This document shows, one piece after another, positions 18,270 to 27,675 of a stretch of 64,000 nucleotides of DNA (position 1 is its first letter; the number at the start of each line of letters is the position of its first letter). The stretch spans positions 6,348 through 70,347 of the forward strand of contig JACKGY010000004.1 in assembly GCA_020639295.1 (NCBI GenBank). The letters are read 5' to 3'. The stretch comes from Planctomycetota bacterium. GTDB taxonomy: Bacteria; Planctomycetota; GCA-002687715; DRQF01. The notes beneath the pieces are model-generated. The model saw only the letters and a list, made by a program, of their open reading frames with translations, did not search any database and was not told where the DNA came from. The translations under genes were made by a program, and so were the position numbers.

Positions 18270-18315
18270 GTCCGTCAACCTGCGAGCGGATTCCGGCCAC
18301 CGCATCCGCCAGAAA
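18270..18315 (-). promoter_or_regulatory. ~46-nt block conserved with 15561..15607 (upstream of P2)
   Basis: See 15561..15607. It lies 63-108 nt upstream of the P2 ATG at 18207. Confidence 0.35.
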
Positions 18316-18354
18316 TCCCGAGGAATCCGGCCGCCCCGAGCTCCGTCTCCGAAG

Positions 18355-18605
18355 CGCCGGCCAGCGGCCGGCGGACCTGCCGGCTGGGCAGCCGGCGCTC
18401 CGAAACGCCAGCCGCCCGGAGCGCCAGCCGCTGGCTGGCCTAGTCTTCTTCGCCCGTAGCACGCGCTCTCGCCCGACGATCCTGCCGGCTGGGCAGCAGG
18501 CGCTGCGCGGTCCTGTCGGAGCGCCAGCCGCTGGCTGGCCTAGTCTTCTTCGCCCGTTGCCCGCGCTCTCGCCCGACGATCCTGCCGGCTGGGCAGCCGG
18601 CGCAC
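18355..18605. repeat. Hairpin-module repeat, locus A (two 100-bp units plus partial)
   Basis: CTGCCGGCTGGGCAGCCGG...GGAGCGCCAGCCGCTGGCTGGCCTAGTCTTCTTCGCCCGT..CGCGCTCTCGCCCGACGATC occurs twice, with CCTAG ends at 18443 and 18543. A third CCGGCTGGGCAGCCGG follows at about 18585-18600. The hairpin modules match those at 34036-35250 and 62041-62519. Confidence 0.8.
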
Positions 18606-18619
18606 CGGGGCGTCGAAGG

Positions 18620-21600
18620 TCAGTCCTGGGAGTCGAGGATGAGGCCGAGGAGCAGCTGCCGGGCGAGGCTGCGGTCCTCGGGCGAGCGGTTGGCGTCGCG
18701 CTCGATCGTCGCCCGCGCGCCTTCCGCGCCGAGTCGTTCGAGCAGTCCGGCGACCTCCGGCTCGAACCGGAGGCGGGACCGGTTCCGCGCGGCGAGGGCG
18801 CGGGAACGCTCCGCCACGCTGACGTCGTCCCAGAGCCGCAGGCTCCGGTCGCCGCTGGCCGAGACCAGGGTCCGGCCGTCCGGAGTCCAGGCCAGCGACC
18901 AGACGTGGTCACGATGCTCGCGCAGCTGGGCCAGCTCCTCGAAGCTGTCGCCATCCCAGATCCGGATGCTGCAGTCATCCGAGCCGGAGGCCAGACGGCG
19001 GTCGTCGGGCGAGAAGGCGAGCGAATAGACCGCGGCGGTGTGGCCCACGAGCCGTCTCTCCAGGCGCCAGTCGGAGCAGCGGCGGATCTGGATCGTGCCG
19101 TCCTCGAGCCCGAGCGCGAGCCAGCGCCCGTCATGGGAGAAGGCGGCGCGACGGAGCCGCGCGGGAAGCTCGGCCTCGACATGGACCGGTTCGAGATCCG
19201 TCGTCCGGAGGACCGAGAAGCCGGTCTCGGGCAGGCCGTCGGAGAGGAAGAGCAGCGCATCCCCGGCGCCGCCGCGGGCGAACAGGCGCCCCCGGGCCGC
19301 CGTCGTGGCGAGCAGGGTCAGGTCCTCGGCCGCGAAGACCCTGAGCTCCTTCGCGTCGGCCACGAAGAGGCGTCGGCCCGCGTGGTCGAACTCGACGGCC
19401 GGGTAGCCGGCCACCTCGATCGTGCCGAGCGGCGTCATCGTTCGCGGATCGAAGACCTCGACCCGGTGGCGATTGCGTTCACCCTGACAGTCCACGGCCA
19501 GGCGGCTCGAGTCGGCGGCCATCGCCAGCTGGTAGACCACGTCATAGGTGGCGCCGGAACGCGGGATCAGGTGCCGGCCGATCACCGCGCCGGTCCGCGC
19601 GTCCCAGAAGCGGATCTGACGGTCCCAGCCGCCGGAGATGATGGTCGCGCCGCCCGGGGTGACGATCACCGGATAGACGAAGAGCTGGTGGCCGAGGAGC
19701 TGGCCCAGCGTGGTGGCCTCGCGCCAGTTCCAGACCCTGAGACCACCGCCGGCATCCTCGGAGACCAGGAGGTCGGGATCGGCGCCGAAGCGGAGGCAAC
19801 GCACCTCGCGCTCGTGACCCACCAGGGCCGCGAGCTGCTGGCCGCTTTCCAGGTCGAAGATGCGCAGGCTGCGGTCCTGCCCGGCGGTGGCCAGCAGCCG
19901 TCCGTCGGGACTGACGTCGATGTCGAAGACCTTGTCGCTGTGACCGACGCGCGTGACCCAGGGAATCTCCCGGCCATCGCGAATGTCCCAGGCCTGGACC
20001 AGGCCGTCCACCGTCGCGCTGTAGAGGCGGGGTTCCCGCGGGTGGAAGGCGAAGGCGAGGAAGTCGACCGGATTCTGCGGGTCGCCGATCTCGTGCAGGA
20101 GCTCGCCACCGCGGCGGTCCCAGATCGCGATCCGGTGGCTCTGCATTCCGCCCATGCGCGCCCCGGCGAGATGGCGTCCGTCCCGCGAGACCTCGAAGGG
20201 ACGATCGAGGGCGAGACCATCGGCCAGCGCCATCTCGGGGCCGAGATCGTAGCGGAGCACGAAGCCGTCAAGCTCCAGATCACGCGCGGCCCCGGCCCCG
20301 GCCGGTGGCTCCGCGGCCAGCTCGAACGACCGATCGGCCCGCGGATCGTCGACGTCGATGATGTCGAGCCGATGGTCGGCGGGCTGGAGGATCGCCACCC
20401 GACCATCGTCGTGGGCGACCACGTCGACCCCCAGTCCCGGAATCGGCAGGGTTCGGCGCCGGACCTCGTCGTCGTCGAGGTTCCAGACCGAGATGACGAT
20501 CGAGTCCTCGGCGCGTTCGCCGTAGACCACGCGATGGCCGTCGGCCAGGAGCCGTGGACGCATGAGTTCGCCGTGGCCAGGCGCGCGCCCGGGAAGCTGG
20601 TGGATCGAGCGGTCCAGCGCGGCCCGGAGCCGGCGCCACTCCCAGCCCCGCAGGCCGGGTTGGGTGGCGTCGAGGCGCCGGGCGGCCTCCTGGACGTCGA
20701 ACTCGCGCAGCGCCGCCTCGGCGGCGGTGATGCCCATGCGGTAGATCGCGCGCTCGACCTCGCGGGTGCGGGCCTCGGCCGCGCGCCGCTGGCGCTGCTC
20801 CTCGCGAGCGAAACGGAGCGAGATCACCAGGCCGACCACCGCGGTGAGGAAGGTCGCGGTGATGCCGGCCACCAGCACGCGGTTGCGCCTGGCGAACTTC
20901 AGGAAGTTGTAGATGGCGGAGGGCCGCCGGGCCTCGATCGGTTCGTCGGCCAGGATGTGGCGGAGGTCGCGGGCGAAGGCGTCGGCCGAGGTGTAGCGGT
21001 CTTCCCGGCTCTTCTCGAGCGCTTTCGCCACCACGATCTCGACGTCGCCGCGCAGCTCGGACTTCAGATGGCCGAGTCGCGGCGCCGTCATCTGGCAGAT
21101 GGTCCGGATGGCGCGGGCCGCCGGCATCGCATCGACCTCGTGGGGCAGGCGACCGCCGAGGATCTCGAAGGCGATCACGCCGAGGGCGTAGACGTCGGTG
21201 GGGAAGTGCAGATCGCCGGCCTTGCCCTCGAGCTGCTCCGGGCTCATGTAGGCCAGGGTGCCGACCACCTGGCCGGTGAGCGTCTCGTCGGCGCCGCGGC
21301 GATCGGCCTCGCGGGCGATGCCGAAGTCGATGATCTTCGGCCGACCGTCCCGGTCGATCAGGATGTTGCCGGGCTTGAGGTCGCGGTGGATGATGCCGCG
21401 CTGATGGGCGTGGTGGACCGCCTCGGCGATCTCGGCCAGGAGCTGCAGCCGCTGGGCGAGGTCGACCGCATGGCCGCGCACCCAGGTCCGCAGGTCCTGG
21501 CCCTCGACGTATTCCATGGTCAGGAAGGGCAGCTGGCGACCACGATGCTCGAAGGTACCGGTCTCGATCACGGTGGCGACGTTCGGATGCTGGAGTCGGG

Positions 21601-22030
21601 CGTAGACCTCGCCCTCGGTGCGGAACCGACGCAGGACGCTGGGTGAGAGGCAGGAGGGGCGGATCACCTTGATCGCCACCCGGCGATGCGGATTCTCCTG
21701 CCAGGCCTCGTAGACCAGGCCCATGCCGCCGCGGCCGATCAGCCCTTCGATGCGATAGCCAGGAATCCGGGCGGGGAGCGCCTCGTCGATCTCGTCGTCG
21801 TCGATCGGGGGCCGCGCCAGGTCCAGGACGGCCGCCAGCCGGCCGCGCTCCACCGGCGACTCGGCGAGGAAGTCCGAGTCGGCGTCCTCGACCGCGAGCA
21901 TGCGCATCACCAGGTCACGCAGCTCCTCGTCGGCGCCGGTGGCGGCCGCGACGAAGCGCGCCCGATCCGCCGCCGGGAGCTCGAGCGCCTCGAGGAAGAG
22001 ATCGCGCGCACGGCCGAAATCGGCGCTCAT
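18620..22030 (-). CDS. Ser/Thr protein kinase with TM segment and C-terminal WD40 beta-propeller repeats (K2)
   Basis: ORF 18620..22081. Kinase motifs HRDLKPGNILI, DFGIA, GTLAYMSPE. TM segment VLVAGITATFLTAVVGLVISL. WD40 units such as GHTAAVYSLAFSPDDRRLASGSDDCSIRIWD and EHRDHVWSLAWTPDGRTLVSASGDRSLRLWD. I prefer the start at ATG 22030 (MSADFGRARDLFLEAL), which overlaps the sigma stop as ATGA. Confidence 0.9.
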   Translation of the reverse strand: MSADFGRARDLFLEALELPAADRARFVAAATGADEELRDLVMRMLAVEDADSDFLAESPVERGRLAAVLDLARPPIDDDEIDEALPARIPGYRIEGLIGRGGMGLVYEAWQENPHRRVAIKVIRPSCLSPSVLRRFRTEGEVYARLQHPNVATVIETGTFEHRGRQLPFLTMEYVEGQDLRTWVRGHAVDLAQRLQLLAEIAEAVHHAHQRGIIHRDLKPGNILIDRDGRPKIIDFGIAREADRRGADETLTGQVVGTLAYMSPEQLEGKAGDLHFPTDVYALGVIAFEILGGRLPHEVDAMPAARAIRTICQMTAPRLGHLKSELRGDVEIVVAKALEKSREDRYTSADAFARDLRHILADEPIEARRPSAIYNFLKFARRNRVLVAGITATFLTAVVGLVISLRFAREEQRQRRAAEARTREVERAIYRMGITAAEAALREFDVQEAARRLDATQPGLRGWEWRRLRAALDRSIHQLPGRAPGHGELMRPRLLADGHRVVYGERAEDSIVISVWNLDDDEVRRRTLPIPGLGVDVVAHDDGRVAILQPADHRLDIIDVDDPRADRSFELAAEPPAGAGAARDLELDGFVLRYDLGPEMALADGLALDRPFEVSRDGRHLAGARMGGMQSHRIAIWDRRGGELLHEIGDPQNPVDFLAFAFHPREPRLYSATVDGLVQAWDIRDGREIPWVTRVGHSDKVFDIDVSPDGRLLATAGQDRSLRIFDLESGQQLAALVGHEREVRCLRFGADPDLLVSEDAGGGLRVWNWREATTLGQLLGHQLFVYPVIVTPGGATIISGGWDRQIRFWDARTGAVIGRHLIPRSGATYDVVYQLAMAADSSRLAVDCQGERNRHRVEVFDPRTMTPLGTIEVAGYPAVEFDHAGRRLFVADAKELRVFAAEDLTLLATTAARGRLFARGGAGDALLFLSDGLPETGFSVLRTTDLEPVHVEAELPARLRRAAFSHDGRWLALGLEDGTIQIRRCSDWRLERRLVGHTAAVYSLAFSPDDRRLASGSDDCSIRIWDGDSFEELAQLREHRDHVWSLAWTPDGRTLVSASGDRSLRLWDDVSVAERSRALAARNRSRLRFEPEVAGLLERLGAEGARATIERDANRSPEDRSLARQLLLGLILDSQD

Positions 22031-22599
22031 TCGCGGCGATCCGCGATGGCCGCGCCGAGCCAGGCCCGGGCGGCCGTCCACAACCGTTCCACGCTGCGCT
22101 TCGGCATCTCGATCAGCTCGGCGATCTCGTCCATGTTGAGGCCACCGAAGTAGCGCAGCTCGACGACCTGGGCCGACACGGCGTCCTGGGCGGCGAGCTC
22201 GCCGAGAGCCTCGTGGATGACCTCGAGGTCGTCGTTCAGGCCGGCGGCCCGGGCGACGGCCTGATCCAGGGTCACCCGCTGCCGGTCGCCGCCGCGCTTC
22301 ATCGCCTTGCGCCGTCGCGACTCGTCGACCAGCAGGTTGCGCATCACGCGGCTGCAGAAGGCGAAGAAGTGGAGCCGGTCCTTCCAGTCCACCCGGCTCT
22401 GGTCGACGAGTTCGAGGTAGAGCTCCTGGACCAGCATCGTCGGCTGCAACGTGTCGGGTCCGCGCGCCTTGAAGCAGCGGCCGGCGATGGCGCGCAGCTC
22501 GTCGTAGACCGCGGGCATCAGGGCGTCGAGGGCCTCGCGCTCGCCGGCCCGGTGCCGGCGCAGGAGACCGGTGACGTCGAATCCATCCAGGGGCTTCAT
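22027..22599 (-). CDS. ECF-type sigma factor (S2), Sigma70_ECF/TIGR02999-like, upstream of and coupled to K2
   Basis: ORF 22027..22638. Reads LLRRHRAGEREALDALMPAVYDELRAIAGR...TLQPTMLVQELYLELVD...VVELRYFGGLNMDEIAELIEMPKRSVERLWTAARAWL. Start 22599 (MKPLDG) or 22638. Confidence 0.85.
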   Translation of the reverse strand: MKPLDGFDVTGLLRRHRAGEREALDALMPAVYDELRAIAGRCFKARGPDTLQPTMLVQELYLELVDQSRVDWKDRLHFFAFCSRVMRNLLVDESRRRKAMKRGGDRQRVTLDQAVARAAGLNDDLEVIHEALGELAAQDAVSAQVVELRYFGGLNMDEIAELIEMPKRSVERLWTAARAWLGAAIADRRE

Positions 22600-22874
22600 G
22601 GTCCGCCGATCATGCCCGGACGACCCCCGTCCTGTCACCCCGGCTCGCGATTGACCCGGTGCCGGACCCCCGAGGTCGCAAGGGTTCGCCCGCCGCGGCC
22701 GGGAGTCGGTCTCGCCCGGCGGGGCGTGATGATCGGCCTCGAACCGGCGTCGGAAGCGGTCGGCTTCGAGATTCGTCGCGCGATCCGACCGCGGCCCGGG
22801 CTATCCTGGCGGGCCCGGCGCGTCCGATCCGGGTCGGTCGACCGCGTCTCCGGGCAGGCGAAGGAGAGGTGACC

Positions 22875-24101
22875 ATGAACACGAAGATCGAAGCCTCGGG
22901 TCCGGTGACCATTCTCGACAACTGGTCCCTGCAGGAGGTCGACCTCTTCCTGCGTGGGGCACGTGGACCCTCGGATGTCTCGAGCTGGGTCTGGTCGGAT
23001 GAGGGCCGGCCGCGGCGCCTGGACGGTGTCGCCGGCGTCATCCAGCTCGACTGTCTCTTCGGCCTGATCGAGCATCTCGTCCTCAGCGAGCGCCTGGTGG
23101 TGATGAAGTCCTGGATGAGCTCGTGGTACCAGCCCGGCTCGAAGCTCGGAATCCTGGTCGAGGGCGAGGGAGCGCCGGTGACGGGCCAGGACATGGAGGG
23201 CCTCGAGGCCGGTTCCAAGTGGAGAAGACTGCTGACCGAAGACCCGGCGCTGCGCCACCTGAACGACCAGGGCTGCCGTGACTACCGGGCGGGGCAGAGC
23301 ACCGAGTCTTCCTACTGGTCCCAGGTGATCGAGGGCATGACCTCCTATCTGGGTCTGTCGCAAAGCAGCCGTCGCAGCTATCTGCCCCATCCGATCCGGG
23401 TCCAGTACCTCGAATCGACGGCCTGGAAGAAGAGAAAGGCCAAGGATCCGGGCGGCCTCCAGGTCGAGGATCCGGACGGCCTCCAGGTCAAGGATCCGGG
23501 CGGCCTCCCGCTCGGTCACGTGAATCGGGTCATCCACGAGGCGCGGCTGCGCTACGTCGAGAGTCGTCATCGCGACCGTCTGTCTCGCAAACTCGTCCTG
23601 GCCATCCCGGCGGTGAGCCTGCTCTGCCTCGCCGAGGCGTCGAGCGCGACCGGGATGATCGAGATGGCGCTCCAGCTGCGCCAGGACGAGGAATTCCGCC
23701 GGCTGCGCCAGACCCTCCACGAGATCGGCGAGGCAGTCGACCGCGGCGATCTGGATCGGGTCGGCAAGGAGGGCGCCGCCTTCGCGGCGGAGGTCGACGC
23801 GGTCGAGCGCCGGCTCGGCCTGGGGCAGGGCTCGGACAGGAAGGGTCTCGACGGTGACGTCGAAACCTCGACCCTCGCGCGTCTCGAGGTCGCCGGTCCG
23901 AAGGCCGACGACGATCCTTCGCCCCCGCCGCGGCACTACGGCAGCATCACGCGGGTCCTCGCTGCCGCCTCGATCGACGTCGCCGCCCAGCTGAGAAGGA
24001 AGCTGGGCATCGACGATCCGCGCGTGCTCGATCAGTACAATCTCTGGGCCAAGCGCCGGCTGCACGGTGATGCCGCGGGCCAGGCCGCGTCCGCGACCTG
24101 A
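22875..24101 (+). CDS. Hypothetical protein (U1, 408 aa), divergent from S2
   Basis: In-frame ATG within ORF 22659..24101, preceded by AAGGAGAGG (22861-22869). Protein-like composition with no motif I recognise. Contains an in-frame 8-aa x3 tandem repeat. Confidence 0.7.
   Translation: MNTKIEASGPVTILDNWSLQEVDLFLRGARGPSDVSSWVWSDEGRPRRLDGVAGVIQLDCLFGLIEHLVLSERLVVMKSWMSSWYQPGSKLGILVEGEGAPVTGQDMEGLEAGSKWRRLLTEDPALRHLNDQGCRDYRAGQSTESSYWSQVIEGMTSYLGLSQSSRRSYLPHPIRVQYLESTAWKKRKAKDPGGLQVEDPDGLQVKDPGGLPLGHVNRVIHEARLRYVESRHRDRLSRKLVLAIPAVSLLCLAEASSATGMIEMALQLRQDEEFRRLRQTLHEIGEAVDRGDLDRVGKEGAAFAAEVDAVERRLGLGQGSDRKGLDGDVETSTLARLEVAGPKADDDPSPPPRHYGSITRVLAAASIDVAAQLRRKLGIDDPRVLDQYNLWAKRRLHGDAAGQAASAT
23442..23513 (+). 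repeat. In-frame 24-bp tandem repeat (x3) inside U1
   Basis: AAGGATCCGGGCGGCCTCCAGGTC / GAGGATCCGGACGGCCTCCAGGTC / AAGGATCCGGGCGGCCTCCCGCTC, encoding KDPGGLQV EDPDGLQV KDPGGLPL. Confidence 0.85.
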
Positions 24102-24140
24102 ACCGGGGCCACCGTGGCCCGCGACCGGAACCGAGTCCGA

Positions 24141-26159
24141 ATGCCGAACGACTACGCGAAGATCCTCGGGGTCACGGAGACCTCGCTGGCGATGGCCGCC
24201 CGTCGTCCGGACGCCAACTACTTCGGTCTCCTCGTGGCCGCCCTGATCGAGAAGGGCGGGGCCATGAGCCTGGACGAGGTGGCCGAGCGACTCGACGCCA
24301 TCGGCTACGCGCCCCGTGATCTCGCCCGGCGGTCGCTCTCTCGCTGCCGACCGACCCGTGAGCCGGTCTTTCGCCGGGGCGAGCTCTACGACCTCGACCC
24401 GCACTGCCAGGAGGCCGGGCTCTGGGCCTTCCGCCTGGGTATGTGCCCACCACGGGCGCGGGCCGAAGTAGCTCCCCCCGAGCCGCCGCCACCGCTTCCC
24501 GATCCGGAGCGACCGATCGACGCCGCGGCCCTCGAGGAGGCCTGGCGCATCCCCGGCCTTTCGGGCTGGTCCGATCGGCGGCTCGTCGTCTGCGCGCTCG
24601 AGGCCCTCGGCGGCCGGGCCAGGCCCGAGATCGTGATCGACTTCCTCGCCGCCCGGGGCTGGAGCCGGCCGCGCTACCTGGGCCCGGATCGTGTCTGGAA
24701 CAGGGGGGAGCCGATCACCACCGAGGCGGATGGCGCCTGGCTTCTCGTCGCCGACCATCCCGACATCTCCGGCGCGCGCCGGGCCGTGATCAAGGCGATC
24801 GAGGCCGACCGCCGCCGTCGTCGCGGCCAGCCGAGCCCCGAGCAGCTCGCCGAATCACGACGGCAATTCGAGGCGGAGCGCCGCGCGGAACGTGAGCGGG
24901 TCGCCACCATGCGGCGTGCCCTGGTCGTGGCCCATCCCCGGGACGAACCGGAGGTGATGCTGATCCTCGACGTCGAGCGCGAAACGGTCATGCGCTTCGC
25001 CGGCGCCGCCCTGGCCGAAGGCCGGGCCCGACTGGCGAACTTCGACTTCATCGCGGCCGTCGGCGTGCGGTCCCTGCTTGCCGCCCTCGGCTTCGACTGG
25101 GGCAAGCGCTTCCTCGGCGACATCGACCTGCCGCAGAAGGTCATCGGCGGCGGGCGCGGCCGCAAGGGACTCGCCCTCGATCTCGACCTCCTCCTGCGTG
25201 GCAGCTGCGGCCTGCGACGCAAGCTCGACGATCGGGAAGGCCTGGAGCGCCTGCGGGCGGCCGGCAAGGAGAGCGAGCTGCTCGATCGGCTGGAAGACGA
25301 CCTGCGGGCCCTCTTCGCCCTGCACTCCTACGCCCGCCTCCATGGCGCGGTCCGGGTCACCAAGGGGCGGCGCGACGAGATGTGGGACGTCGCCTGGTCG
25401 CACTGGCGCGATCGCCGACTGCTCGAGGAACTCCGGCTCGAGGCCCGGGCGCAGGACCGGGTGATCGAGGCCGTGCTTCGGCCGCTCGGAAACCTGCGCG
25501 ATCCCTGGGCGGAAGCGGTCGAGCTCCAGGCGATCGCGCGAGGCGAGGGCATCTTCCTGTTCGAAGTCGCGGGCTCATTCGTCTTCGACGAGGACGTGAT
25601 CATGGCGCGGCTCGGCCGACCCCTGGCGGCGGCGCTCGAAGACCGCCGCCGCGTCGAGGCCGAGCGCGCGGAACGCGAGGTCGCGGCCTCGCGGGCCGCC
25701 GACCAGCTCGCGGCGGCCTTCGAGGCCTTGCGCTCGCCCGTGAACTGGCCCGGCATCATCGACGTCTTCCAGGTTCGGCTGGCCGAGGAACCGGGTGATC
25801 CCCGGGGGCTGCGCCACCATCTGGCGAGCCTGCTCCTGCTCGAGGGTCGCGCCGCCGAGACCCGCGAACTCCTCGCCCGATTCCCCGAGCACGACGAGCC
25901 GCAGTGGCTCTACGCCCTGGCGCTGGTCGAGTTCCTCGAGACGGCCGCGAGCGACGCGACCCTTCGGGCGATGCGCCAGGCCCTGGCCAAGGGGCCCTTC
26001 TTCGCCGCTTACCTCTTCCGTCGCGTCGCCGAGGGCAAGGCCGCCTTCGCGACCGGGCCGGGCCGGGCGACCCTGGCCTCGACCCTGCTGGCGCGGGCCT
26101 GGGCCGCTCATCCCGAGGCGGTCCGTCTGCTGCGCGAGACTCCGGGCAGCGAGGCCTGA
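24141..26159 (+). CDS. Hypothetical protein (U2, ~672 aa), probably co-transcribed with U1
   Basis: ORF 24114..26159 (GTG 24114 or ATG 24141). It starts 13-40 nt after the U1 stop. The N-terminal DYAKILGVTETSLAMAARR could be a helix-turn-helix (weak). The rest is Arg/Glu/Leu-rich helical sequence with no motif I recognise. Confidence 0.7.
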   Translation: MPNDYAKILGVTETSLAMAARRPDANYFGLLVAALIEKGGAMSLDEVAERLDAIGYAPRDLARRSLSRCRPTREPVFRRGELYDLDPHCQEAGLWAFRLGMCPPRARAEVAPPEPPPPLPDPERPIDAAALEEAWRIPGLSGWSDRRLVVCALEALGGRARPEIVIDFLAARGWSRPRYLGPDRVWNRGEPITTEADGAWLLVADHPDISGARRAVIKAIEADRRRRRGQPSPEQLAESRRQFEAERRAERERVATMRRALVVAHPRDEPEVMLILDVERETVMRFAGAALAEGRARLANFDFIAAVGVRSLLAALGFDWGKRFLGDIDLPQKVIGGGRGRKGLALDLDLLLRGSCGLRRKLDDREGLERLRAAGKESELLDRLEDDLRALFALHSYARLHGAVRVTKGRRDEMWDVAWSHWRDRRLLEELRLEARAQDRVIEAVLRPLGNLRDPWAEAVELQAIARGEGIFLFEVAGSFVFDEDVIMARLGRPLAAALEDRRRVEAERAEREVAASRAADQLAAAFEALRSPVNWPGIIDVFQVRLAEEPGDPRGLRHHLASLLLLEGRAAETRELLARFPEHDEPQWLYALALVEFLETAASDATLRAMRQALAKGPFFAAYLFRRVAEGKAAFATGPGRATLASTLLARAWAAHPEAVRLLRETPGSEA

Positions 26160-26167
26160 AACCGCCG

Positions 26168-27520
26168 TCAGCGCGGGACGCGGAGGACCACGACGAGGCG
26201 TTCTCCCTCGGTCGCGATCCAGGTCGGCGACTGGCCGGCGCCGTGGATCGCCTCGGCCGCGGCGACCAGCTTCGCGTGCATGTCGACCGCGTAGTGATGA
26301 TGCTCGTCCGTGGTCGGGAACAGGATGCCCTCGCCGAGCTGCGCCACCTGCTCGGCCACGGCCTTGGTCAGACCCTTCGGGATCGAGCCCGGAGTGAAGG
26401 GCAGGCCGCGGCACATCGGGTCGAGCTGGGGGTCGATGCTGGACACCCGGCCGTTGGCGTTGCGGAACCAGGCTTCGGCGCCGAGCGGCTTGCCCTCGAG
26501 TTCGGCCGCCAGGGCGACGACGAAGAGCTTGCGACCGGCCTTCTTGGCATGGAGCTTCTCGATCTCGAACTGGATCAGGTCGCCGGCGATCACCGCGAAG
26601 CTGGCGCCACGATCCCGGACTTCTCCGACCGAGCTCCGACCGTGGCCACCGAGCAGCCGCTTGCCGTCGCGCCAGACCGATACCTTGCCGCCGTTCTCGA
26701 CCCAGACCCGGAGCGTCAGGGTTGGTTCGACCGCGTGCTCGATCTCGGCCAGCCGATCGAAGGCCTGGCGCCACTCGCTGCTGACCTCGGCCTCGCCGCG
26801 GGCGAGGATCAGCGCGCGCGTGGCGCGCGCGCCGGGCGGGCAGGGGTGCCGCTCGTACTGGGCGAGCATGTCGGCGAGCAATGCGTCGCGCGCCTCGCCG
26901 AGCTGGCCCACGAGGCGCTGCAGGCTCTTGGTCAGCACGGCGCTCAGCGGCTTCTCCTCCTTGCGGTCGACGGTCTCGAGGCTCTTCTCGATGGCATCGA
27001 CCTCGGCCACCAGCTTGGCATCGGGATAGGTCTCCAGGCAGCGGCGGGCGAAGTGGATCGCCTCGGGGGCGCCGGTGTAGGCCCGGGCCTTCATCAGGGT
27101 CTCGAGATGCTTGATCGCGCGCACCGGCATGGCGCGCAGGGAGGGCTCGTGCGGTTTCAGCCCCTCGACCTTGGCCAGCTGCTCGAGCTTCTTCCCGGTC
27201 TCGGCCGGCAGCTCGCCACGCTCGGCGGCGGTGATCGCCATCGCCGTCCACCAGCGCGCCGCGTGTTCCTCCCGCGCCTGGACGAGGGCGCGGACGAGCT
27301 GCTCCACCGTCTTCAGTTCCCAGCGCCCGGCGCGGAGCTCGGCGATCAGCCGCGCGGCCCGCTCCTCCTTCGGTTTCTCCTCCTGGGCCGGGAGCCGCGG
27401 GCCGAGCAGGGCGAGGAGGGTGAAGACCATGAACAGGAGGCCGGCGCGGGGCGCGAGTCGTCGGTCGGCCGCCGGGACGCCAGGTCCGCGGCGTCGAGGA
27501 GAGCTGAGGCTGAGGGGCAT
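26168..27520 (-). CDS. Hypothetical secreted/exported protein (U3), downstream of P3
   Basis: ORF 26168..27652, with start ATG 27520 or 27535. Hydrophobic N-terminal segment AGLLFMVFTLLALLGPRLPAQ, followed by a helical Lys/Glu-rich region and then a beta-rich C-terminus. No motif I recognise. Confidence 0.65.
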   Translation of the reverse strand: MPLSLSSPRRRGPGVPAADRRLAPRAGLLFMVFTLLALLGPRLPAQEEKPKEERAARLIAELRAGRWELKTVEQLVRALVQAREEHAARWWTAMAITAAERGELPAETGKKLEQLAKVEGLKPHEPSLRAMPVRAIKHLETLMKARAYTGAPEAIHFARRCLETYPDAKLVAEVDAIEKSLETVDRKEEKPLSAVLTKSLQRLVGQLGEARDALLADMLAQYERHPCPPGARATRALILARGEAEVSSEWRQAFDRLAEIEHAVEPTLTLRVWVENGGKVSVWRDGKRLLGGHGRSSVGEVRDRGASFAVIAGDLIQFEIEKLHAKKAGRKLFVVALAAELEGKPLGAEAWFRNANGRVSSIDPQLDPMCRGLPFTPGSIPKGLTKAVAEQVAQLGEGILFPTTDEHHHYAVDMHAKLVAAAEAIHGAGQSPTWIATEGERLVVVLRVPR

Positions 27521-27675
27521 GGCGGGGTCCTCCATGGTCGGCCCCGATCCTCGCGATCGAGCCCCCGCCCGTCCAGCCCGCGCCGGAATGCCGCCCGTGA
27601 TGAAGGAGGCCGCGGCCCGGGTCGATGAGGACCCGAACCGCGGCCGGTTCACACCGTCGAGATGTGCAGGAACCC

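Noticed and set aside
15520-18459. 979-aa plus-strand ORF, plus similar giants at 18098..21646 (+), 27625..30204 (+), 35261..38053 (+), 51943..55071 (-), 54626..57211 (-), 58973..62020 (+), 11431..12900 (-), 43630..45468 (-), 46799..48637 (+), 49607..52156 (+), 22635..24758 (-) and 40325..42202 (+).
   Set aside because: These are antisense shadow ORFs of the genes called on the opposite strand. Their translations are low-complexity Arg/Gly/Asp/Ala/Glu-rich strings without signal peptides or recognisable motifs, whereas the opposite strand carries clear domains and paralogy. Long stop-free antisense frames are expected in DNA this GC-rich.
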